This document shows positions 16,779 to 26,162 of a stretch of 64,000 bases of DNA, one piece after another. Source of the DNA: an uncultured delta proteobacterium (lineage in GTDB: Bacteria; Desulfobacterota; Binatia; Binatales; Binataceae); NCBI GenBank assembly GCA_963783145.1, contig CAWAMM010000001.1:547347-611346 (forward strand). Direction: 5' to 3'. The stretch's first letter is position 1. Every line of letters starts with the position of its first letter. Both the position numbers and the translations under genes were made by a program. The notes under the pieces are model-generated. The model saw only the letters and a program-made list of their open reading frames with translations. It was not told where the DNA came from and searched no databases.

Positions 16779-17861
16779 TCAGCGATTGAGCTCGGGGATG
16801 ACGTGCTTCCCGATCAACTCCATGCTGCGCGTGATCTTGCCGTGTTCAAGTCCGCCGAACTGCACCCAGGTCAACATCTGATCGACGCCCATCTCGCGAT
16901 AGGTACGGAAGAGTTTCAGAATTTCCGCCGGCGTACCGACCGCGATGATACCGTCGCGAATGCGCTGCTCAACGTCACCTGCTACGGCGCCCGCGCGTTG
17001 CTGTTCGGTTAGATACTTGTACGACTCCGCCTTGCGCTCGCGTCCCTTCTCCGCCCACGGAAGAAACAGCTCGGCGGCGAGTTGCGCCACGATCTCCAAA
17101 GGCTTGGTGACATCGGCGACGGCCTGCTCATGGGTCTCGGCGCAGTAGGTCTGAATCAGCACTGCGGATTGATCATTGACGATGCCCGACACCGGTTCCG
17201 CATGCTTCACGGCTTCTTTGTACGCGGCGATGCGCGGCGCGACTTCTTCCGGCGTTCCGGTTACGAAACCTAACATCCCGAGACCTTTGCGCCCCGCGAG
17301 GTTGAACGTCTCGGGGTTGGTGCCGGCCAGCCACATCGGCGGATGCGGCTTCTGAATCGGTTTCGGAACCACATAGCTCTTGGGGATGTTATAGAAGCGA
17401 CCTTGGTATTCGATGGGCTCGTCTTTCCAGCTTCGCACAAGCACTTCGACCGCCTCGGCCCACATTGCCTGGGTGTCGTCTGGATTCACCTCGAAGCCAT
17501 CGAGCTCCTGAAGCGTCACGGCGCGACCGGTGCCGAGTTCGACGCGCCCGCCGCTGAGGATATCCAAGACCGCAGCGCGTTCCGCCACTCGCAGCGCATG
17601 GTTGAAGTTGCGCGGCAGAAGCGCGATGCCGTGTCCGATCCTTATGCGTTTGGTTATCTGGCTAAGCGCGCCGAACAAAACCTCCGGGGCGGGGCAGTGG
17701 GACCATTGTGGGAGTAAGTGATGTTCAACTGCCCACACATAACCCCAGCCCAGCTTATCCGCGAGGACGACCTGCTCGAGAACTTCGCCGTAGGTTCGCG
17801 CCTCGATGCCGGGCGTCCATGGCTTCGGAATCTGTACTTCGTACAACAAGCCAAGTTTCAT
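16779..17861 (-). CDS. LLM-class (luciferase-like) flavin/F420-dependent oxidoreductase
   Basis: A bacterial-luciferase TIM-barrel pattern is present (EHHLLPQ..., LDILSGGRVELGTGRA). Confidence 0.85.
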   Translation of the reverse strand: MKLGLLYEVQIPKPWTPGIEARTYGEVLEQVVLADKLGWGYVWAVEHHLLPQWSHCPAPEVLFGALSQITKRIRIGHGIALLPRNFNHALRVAERAAVLDILSGGRVELGTGRAVTLQELDGFEVNPDDTQAMWAEAVEVLVRSWKDEPIEYQGRFYNIPKSYVVPKPIQKPHPPMWLAGTNPETFNLAGRKGLGMLGFVTGTPEEVAPRIAAYKEAVKHAEPVSGIVNDQSAVLIQTYCAETHEQAVADVTKPLEIVAQLAAELFLPWAEKGRERKAESYKYLTEQQRAGAVAGDVEQRIRDGIIAVGTPAEILKLFRTYREMGVDQMLTWVQFGGLEHGKITRSMELIGKHVIPELNR

Positions 17862-17883
17862 TTCGTTTTCCTTTGCCGATGCC

Positions 17884-18744
17884 TTAGTTCCGGGGCCGAA
17901 GCTTCAGGAACTCCGGATGCCTGAATGGATCGCCCGGCTTCAGCGTCTCCGCAATTTTCGCCAAAGCTGACCGTGTGTCTTCTTGTCCCGGCTCGCGACG
18001 GAACGGCGGCGTGGTCGCCTCGACGTCGGTGGGGCGCAGCTTGTAGGTCGCATCGTCGCCGAAGAATCGCAGCGACAGCGTGCGACGCCGAATGCTTCCG
18101 TGCGTGGCCGCACCGCCATGCAGCATCGCCGGATGAAACACCACCACATCGCCGGGATTCACCGCCCACGACACGATGTCCCACTTCGCGCGCTCGGCCT
18201 CGATATTCGGCAGTCGCGGCAGTACGCCATTGCCGTAGACCGGCGCGGTATCATCATCGGGATCGAAGCTTGAGCCGTCGTAGAGCACTCCGCGATGCGA
18301 CCCGCGCACGAACTCCAGCGCGTTTTCCTTCGCCACCGGTTCGAAGCTAATCCACACCACCGCGATGTCATCGCCCTCGATCGGCAGGTACGACGAATCC
18401 TGATGCCACGGGGTGCGCCGGCTCTCGCCGCCTTGTTTCAGAAATACCTGCTCATACATGAACCACACCTCGGGCTTGCTCCACAGCGCCGCGGCGATGT
18501 CGGTCGCCGGCGACTTTTCGAGCATGGTTCGATAGGCCTCAACCGCTTTGGGATTCGCGAGATCCTGATAAAACGTCGCGGCCGAATTCTTAGTCACGAA
18601 ATTCGACGCGCCCGGGCTCGGATGTGCGAGGCTCCATTGGTAGGCCTCCTCCGCCGCTTTCAACGAGGCGGGATCCAGCGCGTGCTCGATGAACACCGCG
18701 CCGGTGTCGCGAAACTCCGATGCCTTGGATTCTTGCAATGTCAC
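17884..18744 (-). CDS. Phytanoyl-CoA dioxygenase (PhyH) family Fe(II)/2OG oxygenase
   Basis: An HQD facial-triad motif (TPWHQDSSY) and a distal His (HPAMLHGG) are present. Confidence 0.75.
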   Translation of the reverse strand: MTLQESKASEFRDTGAVFIEHALDPASLKAAEEAYQWSLAHPSPGASNFVTKNSAATFYQDLANPKAVEAYRTMLEKSPATDIAAALWSKPEVWFMYEQVFLKQGGESRRTPWHQDSSYLPIEGDDIAVVWISFEPVAKENALEFVRGSHRGVLYDGSSFDPDDDTAPVYGNGVLPRLPNIEAERAKWDIVSWAVNPGDVVVFHPAMLHGGAATHGSIRRRTLSLRFFGDDATYKLRPTDVEATTPPFRREPGQEDTRSALAKIAETLKPGDPFRHPEFLKLRPRN

Positions 18745-18861
18745 GTGAAGCGACCTCTCATTCAGTTCTATGAATCAGTTGCGCAAGATCGCGCGCTGAT
18801 GCCGTGATCAATCGCACATCTCGATGCGGCGCGCCATTTCGATCGCGCGATTTCTCAGAAC

Positions 18862-19914
18862 TCAGTCAAGCTTTCGAATTGCGGGAAGCACTTCGCGATT
18901 GAAGAGCTGATCGTGCAGGATGAGATGGAGGCAATCGACGCCGAGCGCATGAAACTCTCGCACCCGCTCGATGATGGTCTCGGGGCTTCCAATCAACCGG
19001 CTCGCGTAACCCTCGTTAGTATCGAGGAAGCTCAGCTTGTCATCCGAGGCCCACATTCCGCGCGCGCCCGAGGTCTTTTCGATCCGCCGCGCGACGATCG
19101 CGGGATCGATCGCGTCGACCATCCTGGCGATTTCCGCCTCCGCCTCAGCATCGGTGCTGCGGCACAGCGGGATCGCATACAAGGCAAAGCGGACGCGGCG
19201 TCCCAATGCGGTCGCGCGTGCGCGCACCTTCTCCATGATGCCGCCGATTTTCTCCGGCGGCCCGCCGTTGAGGAACATCCAATCCGAATGGCGCGCCGCC
19301 ATTTCGATCGCGGCAGGTGATTGGCCGCCCTGCCAGACTCGAAGGGGCGCACTCGGGCGCGGCTCCAGTCGCAGGCCGCGCGTCTGATAGAAGCGGCCCT
19401 CGAAATTAACTTCTTCACCACTCCACGCACGTCGTAACAGTTCAATGAATTCGGTCGACCGCGCATAGCGTTGATCATGTTCCAAGAGCTCGGCGCCGAA
19501 CATTCCGAACTCCGCCTCATGCCATCCCGAGGTGACATTGATGGACCATCGCCCACCGGTGAGGCGATCGATGGTCGCGCCCCATTTGGCGATGGTGGCG
19601 GGTAGAAAAAATCCTGGATGAATCGCGGTGATGAGGCCGATGCGGCTGGTCTGCGCGGCATAGAACGCGGTCATGGCGAGGCAATCGTAGGTGGAGCCTT
19701 CGATTTCGGCGCCGCTGCCCCACCATCGTTGGGCGACCAGCAGATAGTCGATGCCGAGTTCTTCGGCGTTACGAACTCCCTTCAGCAAACGTTCCTGCAG
19801 CGCGGCGCCGGAGATTTCGGAGGCCGGCGAAGGCGTCATCGACCGCGCTTTCTTGACGAGCTGGATGCCCGCCATCGCGGTCGGCGCAAACGTGCTGGTG
19901 AGGATTGCGCTCAT
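18862..19914 (-). CDS. LLM-class flavin/F420-dependent oxidoreductase (second copy)
   Basis: A luciferase-like fold is recognisable (IDRLTGGRWSINVTSGW...). Confidence 0.85.
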   Translation of the reverse strand: MSAILTSTFAPTAMAGIQLVKKARSMTPSPASEISGAALQERLLKGVRNAEELGIDYLLVAQRWWGSGAEIEGSTYDCLAMTAFYAAQTSRIGLITAIHPGFFLPATIAKWGATIDRLTGGRWSINVTSGWHEAEFGMFGAELLEHDQRYARSTEFIELLRRAWSGEEVNFEGRFYQTRGLRLEPRPSAPLRVWQGGQSPAAIEMAARHSDWMFLNGGPPEKIGGIMEKVRARATALGRRVRFALYAIPLCRSTDAEAEAEIARMVDAIDPAIVARRIEKTSGARGMWASDDKLSFLDTNEGYASRLIGSPETIIERVREFHALGVDCLHLILHDQLFNREVLPAIRKLD

Positions 19915-20032
19915 AGGCAGAAACTCTTCCCTATCATGACACTTCGCTGATAGCGACGGCGCTCATCTTCTGATTTGATTCCCAGTCGCCGCCTTACTGC
20001 GATTTCATTGGAGGCGCTCAGGGAGGGCATTT

Positions 20033-20347
20033 TTGATCTTCAAAATTCTCGCCATTTTGATTATGGCCGCGGCGCTCGAGGTTGGAGGCGACGCGCTGGT
20101 GCGGATCGGTCTGGGAGGCCGAAGCTACCTTATCGCCGCCGGAGGAATCACCCTTTTGGCCTATGGCATCCTGGTCAACAAGAGTGGGCTCGATTTCAAT
20201 CGGCTGATGGGGGTGTATATCGCAATTTTCTTTCTCGTCTCTCAGGCGATCTCATTTATCGTTTTCAGGCAGATACCCGATGACAGACTGCTCCTCGGTG
20301 GAGGATTCATTGTCACCGGTGGCTTGGTCATCTTGTTAATGACCTGA
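20033..20347 (+). CDS. Small 4-TM membrane protein (SMR/DMT-like or YnfA-like)
   Basis: The 104-aa product has four predicted hydrophobic helices. Family assignment is tentative. Confidence 0.5.
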   Translation: MIFKILAILIMAAALEVGGDALVRIGLGGRSYLIAAGGITLLAYGILVNKSGLDFNRLMGVYIAIFFLVSQAISFIVFRQIPDDRLLLGGGFIVTGGLVILLMT

Positions 20348-20355
20348 GCCGTCGG

Positions 20356-21540
20356 CTATTTCCCCGATGCCTTCAACTCGACCGGCTCGTAGTAGTACTT
20401 GTCGCCCAGCGCCATCACCTCGGCGAAGAATTCGGGGCCCGAGGCTTTTCCGACCTGTTCCAACTCCCAGGTCTGACGCTTGAAGCTCCAGCTCTCCGGT
20501 CGCAGGCGGCGCGCTTCAGCGAAATACTTCAACGCCTCGTCGCGATGACCTTTTTCGAAGAGATATTCGCCAAGCCGGAAATTTGCCGTCGCGAGCGCAT
20601 CGGTGTCGTCCGGTCCGGCCGCTCGGCGGCGCGCCTCATCGGGCGGAAGTACGAATTCGCTCCGATCTCCTTTGGCGACCCAGTCGCGGATCGCATCGTA
20701 GTATGCGCGCCGCATTCGCTTGCCCGCCTCGACCGCGTCCTTGGGAATTTGAAAGGTCGCGGGATCGATCGAGCGAACGATGTCGGCCACGCCCGAAGCC
20801 TCGGTGGGCCGCACGACGTGGCCCTTCTCGTCGATCCACACATTCATTGGCACGTTGATGAATTCATACAGCTCGCCGGTGAGGTGCTTCTGATCGATGA
20901 GACATGGATACTGCGGAACGCCGGCGCGGCGCAGGAATTCGTCGTCCCATCCCATGATGTCCTGCAGCAGCGGCGGAAGCTCGATCGATGCGGGCCGGAT
21001 GAAATCGCGCACCGCGGGCGCGCCCGCGCTATCGAGCGCGACCGCGATAATCGTAAAGCCCTTGTCCTTCAGCTCTTCGTAAAGGCCCTGCCAGACTGGC
21101 AGGTCATAGCGGCATCCTCACCAGGAGGCCCAGGCGGCGAGCAGCACTTTCCGGCCTCGATAGTCGGACAGCTTATGCATCTTGCCGTCGAGGTCCGGGA
21201 GTTCGAAATCGGGCGCTTCGAGCGAGGCGAGAGTGGCGCGGCGCGCCGCCGCAGCTTCGCCGAAATACCACACGCGGTTGATATCATCATGCACGACCGG
21301 CTCACCCAAATGACGCGCGAGGGCCGCGAGGTTGAAGGCGCCGCCGTTGTCGCGAACGAATTCAGTTGCGCGCGCCGGCGGAATTGGAACACATACGTCA
21401 CCGATGCAGGCGCCTTCGGGCTTGAGCTCCCATCCGCTCGCGCGGGTCAGGTCGGCCTTGCTGAGCCACAGGTTGTCACCGTCGGCCGTGACGCTCCCGA
21501 CTTCTGAAACCCGGCCCTTGTAGATGATATCCACCGCCAT
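20356..21540 (-). CDS. Predicted selenoprotein: TlpA/ResA-like thioredoxin-fold oxidoreductase with in-frame UGA (Sec) at the active site
   Basis: ORFs 21118..21603 and 20356..21012 share a frame and are separated only by TGA at 21118-21120, with no other stop. The read-through sequence is ...[62 protein letters not shown]..., which aligns to the TlpA signature WASWCGPCR(x)ELxxLYEKYKDKGF. An ATG at 21540 is the likely start. Confidence 0.6.
21087..21103 (-). promoter_or_regulatory. Candidate bacterial SECIS hairpin
   Basis: The mRNA reads UGA-N14-CCUGCCA-GUC-UGGCAGG, a 7-bp stem with a GUC apical loop. G25/U26 counted from the UGA compare with G23/U24 in E. coli fdhF. Confidence 0.45.
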
Positions 21541-21708
21541 GTCGCGATCCTCCGGCGTCTCGTGCGCATCGCACACTATTACCAAAAGTCGCGCGAAGCC
21601 CAAGAGCGAAAATTTCGCGCGTTGCGGTCGAGCGCCGTCCTTTCGCGATGCCCCTCAGCCGCGCTATCAGTATCAAATTGCAACCGAAACCCTTAGCTGA
21701 GGAGTCGC

Positions 21709-22428
21709 ATGAAAACCGAAACCATCGAATATAAGGATGGCGATGTAACCCTTCGTGGGTACCTCGCCTACGATGAAACCAAAACCGGTAAGCGCCCGGG
21801 AATTCTCGTCATGCCCGAAGCGTTGGGGCTGGGCAAGCATGCCAAGGAACGCGCCGAGCGCCTCGCGCAGCTCGGGTATGTCGCCCTCGCTGGCGATCCC
21901 TACGGCAACGGGCTCGAGCTAGCCACCGTTCAGGAGGCAATCAAGCTTGCGACGGACTTGTTCGCCGATACCGCCAAGGCGCGCATGCGAGTGCGCGTGG
22001 CGCTCGACAAACTTGCGTCGTTACCGCAGGTCGACCCGGCGCGGTTGGCGGAAATTGGTTTTTGCATGGGCGGCACCTTCGGCCTCGAGCTCGCACGCGA
22101 TGGTGCGCCGCTCAAAGGTGTGGTCACCTTCCATTCGGGATTGCAGACCCAGCGTCCGGCGGAGCAGGGGAAGGTAAAGGCGAAGATCCTCGTCAACACC
22201 GGCGCCGACGATCCAATGGTCCCGATCGAGGCGGTCAAGGCCTTCGAGGAAGAGATGACCAAGGCGGGCGCGGACTGGGAAGTCATCAGCTACAGCAGGA
22301 CCAAACACAGCTTCACCAATGTCGATGCGGCCAGCGCCGGGATGCCGGCCGCGCTCGAATATAACCGGCAGACCGACCAGCGCTCGTGGAAAGCGATGGT
22401 CAATTTCTTCGAGGAAATTTTCGCGTAG
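21709..22428 (+). CDS. Dienelactone hydrolase family protein
   Basis: The 239-aa product carries the DLH nucleophile motif GFCMGG. Confidence 0.8.
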   Translation: MKTETIEYKDGDVTLRGYLAYDETKTGKRPGILVMPEALGLGKHAKERAERLAQLGYVALAGDPYGNGLELATVQEAIKLATDLFADTAKARMRVRVALDKLASLPQVDPARLAEIGFCMGGTFGLELARDGAPLKGVVTFHSGLQTQRPAEQGKVKAKILVNTGADDPMVPIEAVKAFEEEMTKAGADWEVISYSRTKHSFTNVDAASAGMPAALEYNRQTDQRSWKAMVNFFEEIFA

Positions 22429-22484
22429 ACCTAACCCCTAACCCCTTCCCGTATGGGAAGCGGGACAGAAAGACGGAGAAAAAC

Positions 22485-22904
22485 ATGGCAGATCCGATGG
22501 CCGAGTTTAACAAGAAGGTGATCGACGAATTTCGCAGCAGCGGCGGCAAGGTCGCCGGTCAGTTCGCCGGCGCGCCGATGATCATCATCACCCACACCGG
22601 CGCTAAGAGCGGTAAGACCTACACCTCGCCGCTGGTCTATAGCAAAGACGGCGACCGCTGCGTCATCATCGCGTCGAAGGCGGGCGCGCCGAAGAATCCG
22701 AGCTGGTACCACAACCTCGTCGCGCACCCCGAGGTGACCGTCGAAATCGGCACCGAGAAGTTCAAGGCCAAGGCCACCGAAGTCAAAGGCGCCGAACGCG
22801 ATCGTCTGTTCGAGGCGCAGGCGAAGATGATGCCGCAATTCAACGAGTACGCGAAGAAGACCGCGCGTAAGATTCCGGTCCTCGTGCTGGAGCGCGTGAA
22901 GTAG
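22485..22904 (+). CDS. Deazaflavin (F420)-dependent nitroreductase-family oxidoreductase (DUF385)
   Basis: MADPMAEFNKKVIDEFRSSGGKV...PMIIITHTGAKSGKTYTSPL...NPSWYHNL matches the DUF385/Ddn-like pattern. Confidence 0.7.
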   Translation: MADPMAEFNKKVIDEFRSSGGKVAGQFAGAPMIIITHTGAKSGKTYTSPLVYSKDGDRCVIIASKAGAPKNPSWYHNLVAHPEVTVEIGTEKFKAKATEVKGAERDRLFEAQAKMMPQFNEYAKKTARKIPVLVLERVK

Positions 22905-22917
22905 ACTTTCGATTCGA

Positions 22918-22949
22918 GTGCCGCGCTTCTTCGATATCGAGGAGCGCGG
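22918..22949 (+). terminator. Long hairpin after the nitroreductase gene (no U-tract)
   Basis: GCCGCGCTTCTTCGATATCGAGGAGCGCGGC forms a near-perfect stem of about 14 bp. A second hairpin, CCTCGCCCgatGGGCGAGG, lies at 22969-22987. Confidence 0.3.
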
Positions 22950-23018
22950 CAATCCTTAGTAATGCTAACCCTCGCCCGATGGGCGAGGTCGGTCCCGAGT
23001 CCGCGAGGGACCTGGAGT

Positions 23019-23522
23019 GGGACCTTATTCAGCGCGTCCTCGCGCGACTATGGAATTCTGGTTCCGTGTCTAACTCACTTTCGTTCCCAGGAACTCAAAC
23101 ACTCTCGTTGGGAGCATGAACGACGAAGCCATTACGCGGATCCCTGGCAGCCAAGGCCCGTATCGCTTTTTTTAGTTTCACCTTTTCTGGATAGATCGCA
23201 CGTCTACTCAAGATGCGTCTTCCGGGATAGCGGTTGTGCGGAATAATCACATAGCGATGCGAGCTACGATGCCGAAGTATGTAGGCCGTGTCTTTTTCGG
23301 AGAACTCGCTCGAGCGGCATCGCCATTTCGTTCACCTTTCAACGCGCCGAGGAACGAATCTGTGTCGTTGTCCGCCCAAGCAGTAATTGCTTCCCTTCGA
23401 CGCTCGATCCCGGTCAATATTGAGGCTAACTGAGCGTTGATTGAGTGTAAAGAAAATGCTCGCACGTCTAAGAGTAGAAACAGAATTCCCGAATCGCGCG
23501 AGGACGCGCTGAAAAAGGTCCC
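23019..23522. mobile_element. MITE-like non-autonomous element bounded by ~44-nt imperfect terminal inverted repeats
   Basis: The left end is GGGACCTTATTCAGCGCGTCCTCGCGCGACTATGGAATTCTGGTT (23019-23063). The right end is AACAGAATTCCCGAATCGCGCGAGGACGCGCTGAAAAAGGTCCC (23479-23522), its reverse complement with a few mismatches. The interior of about 415 bp has no credible ORF. Confidence 0.4.
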
Positions 23523-23590
23523 TCTCCGGATTGCTCGCTTCGCTCGCAACCGTCCTCCCCCATCGGGGGAGTGAAAATCGCTCGCTGCCT

Positions 23591-24835
23591 CTACGCGATT
23601 TGTTCGGTACGACGCCGCAGCAACAAATCGACGTCGAACTTGAACATCCTCGCGGCGTTGCGGCCGAGGATTTTCGCGCGCGACTCTTCCTTCAACGCGC
23701 CCATCTCGCGCTCGATCGCTTCCGCCGAGTGTGGCCACGTTCCCTCGGCATGCGGGTAGTCGTTAGCCCACATGAAATTGTCGACCAGGTTATAAGCCTC
23801 CGCGAGCATCAGGCCCGGGCGGTCTTCCTGGAAAGTCGCGGCGCCATTGCCGCGGAAATATTCGCTGGGCAGCTTCTTGAGCCTGGGATACGCCCATAGA
23901 TGATGCTTGCGGGCGGCCTCATCCATCGCATCGAGCGCCCATGGCACCCATCCGATTCCGCTTTCGACCGCGGCGAATTTGACATTCGGAAATCGCTCGA
24001 GCACGCCCGATCCGCATAGGCTCGCAACCGGCTCGATAGTCGGCGAAAGCGAATGCGCGACATAGTTGATGATCGCGCCGCCTTCCTTGCGCGCCGCGCG
24101 TGGATCGCGTCCGGTCGAGACGTGGAAAGTAACTGGCAAATCGACCTCCTCGATAACAGCCCACATCGGATCGTAATCCGCCAAATTGTAGTTGGTGTCG
24201 CGCGAGTCATGACCGCCAAACACCGGCTTGCACGGCAGGGTGAGGAATCGAAAGCCGATTTTCGCGACCCGCCTAATCTCTTCAATCGCGGACGCTACGT
24301 CCGACGTCATGATGGCCGCCGCCGGTGACATGAAGTCGTTGTACTTGCCGTACATCTCCCACGCGAAGTCGTTCCACACCTTGCACTGCGCCATCCCGAA
24401 TCCAGGATCGCGGGTAGCAAACATCATGAGGCCCTTGTTGGGGAAGATGATTTCCGCATCGATGCCGTCGCGAATATGGTCCTTGATGCGTTCGACGGGA
24501 TCCGCGCCGGCGTTCCCACGCAAACGATCCTCGCTGTTCTCGCGCGGCACGTCGGCGATCATTCGCGCGCGCACGCGCGATCTGCCGAGGCCCTCGGCGA
24601 CGAACCATTTCTCGCCCTTCTCATCGCGCTCGACGTGGGGCAGGCGGTCGCGATATTTCGCGTCGAGGCGATCGCGCCAGAGATTGCCGGGCTCGTTGGC
24701 ATGGCAATCGGCGGAGATCATCAGGTACCGGTTGGGATCGTCGGGCCGCGCGGTGCGTTGCCATCCGTGGTGGCCGGGGGTTTCCAGCCGGTAACGATTT
24801 TTCTCATCTACCTGGACGATGTTTTCCTGACTCAT
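23591..24835 (-). CDS. Amidohydrolase-2 family metal-dependent hydrolase (ACMSD-like)
   Basis: A metal-binding HxH-type N-terminus (ISADCHANEPG) and a TIM-barrel pattern (HVSTGRD..., FMWANDYPH) are present. Confidence 0.8.
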   Translation of the reverse strand: MSQENIVQVDEKNRYRLETPGHHGWQRTARPDDPNRYLMISADCHANEPGNLWRDRLDAKYRDRLPHVERDEKGEKWFVAEGLGRSRVRARMIADVPRENSEDRLRGNAGADPVERIKDHIRDGIDAEIIFPNKGLMMFATRDPGFGMAQCKVWNDFAWEMYGKYNDFMSPAAAIMTSDVASAIEEIRRVAKIGFRFLTLPCKPVFGGHDSRDTNYNLADYDPMWAVIEEVDLPVTFHVSTGRDPRAARKEGGAIINYVAHSLSPTIEPVASLCGSGVLERFPNVKFAAVESGIGWVPWALDAMDEAARKHHLWAYPRLKKLPSEYFRGNGAATFQEDRPGLMLAEAYNLVDNFMWANDYPHAEGTWPHSAEAIEREMGALKEESRAKILGRNAARMFKFDVDLLLRRRTEQIA

Positions 24836-24991
24836 CTCATCGATTCCTCGCCACATCTGTACTGCGCGTTGAAAAAATCGTCAATTGACGGTTTGGTAGG
24901 TAAACGGCGCGTTCGACTTTTTGCTCGCAGATGTGCCACATCAATTGCATGACCCGGCCGCGAAAAGCGCGGCCAAAATCCGAGGTGCGAG

Positions 24992-25768
24992 ATGGCTGAT
25001 TCCAAAGCTCGACGAATGTGGGCGCTTCCCGGGGCGCAACTGTCCGCGCCGATGTCGCTCCTGGTGCAGGGTGGTGAAAATACCATGGTGGACTTGCCGT
25101 GCCCATCGTTTCTAATCGAGCATCCCAAGGGGCTGGTGCTGTTCGACACCGGATGCAATCCGAAGATCATCGACGATCCGATTGGCTACTGGGGCCCGAT
25201 CGCCGAGCATCTTAACATCAGATGGAAGAAGTCCGACACGCTCGATCAGCAAATCAAGAATATCGGCTATAAACCCGAGGATGTGAAATACGTCATCTTA
25301 TCGCATGCGCACCTGGACCACGCCGGTGGCATGAGTCATTTCCCCAAGGCGAAGTTTATCGCGGGAAGAAATGAACTGCGTTACGCGTACTGGCCGGAGC
25401 CGGACAGGCGTCAGTACTTCATCCTGAACGACTATATTCCGACTCGCGAGTACGACTGGCTTGAGCTCGATCAGGATTTCGATCTTTTCGGCGATGGCGC
25501 GCTGAAGTTCCTCCTCACGCCCGGGCATACGCCCGGCGAATGTTCGCTGCTGGTGAATTTACCCAGTCGCAAATTCTTACTTACGGGCGATACGGTTCAT
25601 GTTCGCCAGGCGGTGGGACCCGAAGCGACCATGCCGATCGATACTGACCCGATTCAGTCAGTGATTTCGATCAAGCGCATCAAGGCGATTCGCGACATGC
25701 ATGACGCGACGATGTGGATCACCCACGATCCGCTGGATTGGAAGGAACATCCCCACAAGGTCGAGTAG
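24992..25768 (+). CDS. MBL-fold metallo-hydrolase, N-acyl-homoserine-lactonase-like
   Basis: The HAHLDHAGG (HxHxDH) motif and a second His/Asp cluster are present. Confidence 0.8.
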   Translation: MADSKARRMWALPGAQLSAPMSLLVQGGENTMVDLPCPSFLIEHPKGLVLFDTGCNPKIIDDPIGYWGPIAEHLNIRWKKSDTLDQQIKNIGYKPEDVKYVILSHAHLDHAGGMSHFPKAKFIAGRNELRYAYWPEPDRRQYFILNDYIPTREYDWLELDQDFDLFGDGALKFLLTPGHTPGECSLLVNLPSRKFLLTGDTVHVRQAVGPEATMPIDTDPIQSVISIKRIKAIRDMHDATMWITHDPLDWKEHPHKVE

Positions 25769-25772
25769 AGCG

Positions 25773-26162
25773 ATGCCGATTTACGAATGGCAATGCACCG
25801 ACGGGCACGGTTTCGAAGTCCTCGCGTCAGCGAATATCGCTAGCCGGCGGCAACGGTGTCCGAGCTGCGGCAAAAAATCGGAGCGCGTGATTTCCACCTT
25901 CGCGATTCATGGCGGCGCGCCGATCCAAACCGCCTCGGAGCGCGCGGCCGCCCGCGACCTCGATGTCACGGGCGTGAAGCTGCCGAATGTCGCGCGGCTG
26001 TGCGGGATGGATGATTACTCGGCGACGCGGCTCGCCGCTCATAAACTCGGGCGCGGCAATGAATTCGACGACAAGATGGCGGCGCGCAATCAGCGGCAGG
26101 CCGCGCGCGGCGAGCCCGCGAAAAAGAAACCCGCGCCTCACAAACACAAACATTCTCATTAG
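25773..26162 (+). CDS. FmdB-family zinc-ribbon protein (variant)
   Basis: MPIYEWQCTDGHGFEV...CPSCG is FmdB-like, but the first CxxC is replaced by C-x3-H. A basic C-terminal tail follows. Confidence 0.45.
   Translation: MPIYEWQCTDGHGFEVLASANIASRRQRCPSCGKKSERVISTFAIHGGAPIQTASERAAARDLDVTGVKLPNVARLCGMDDYSATRLAAHKLGRGNEFDDKMAARNQRQAARGEPAKKKPAPHKHKHSH

Noticed and set aside
21118-21120. The TGA inside the thioredoxin-fold gene as a simple nonsense mutation or pseudogene
   Set aside because: This is not fully excluded. It is disfavoured because the stop falls exactly on the catalytic Cys column of the CxxC motif and is followed at the correct distance by a GUC-looped hairpin resembling fdhF SECIS. 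The downstream frame stays open for another 250 codons with good codon usage.
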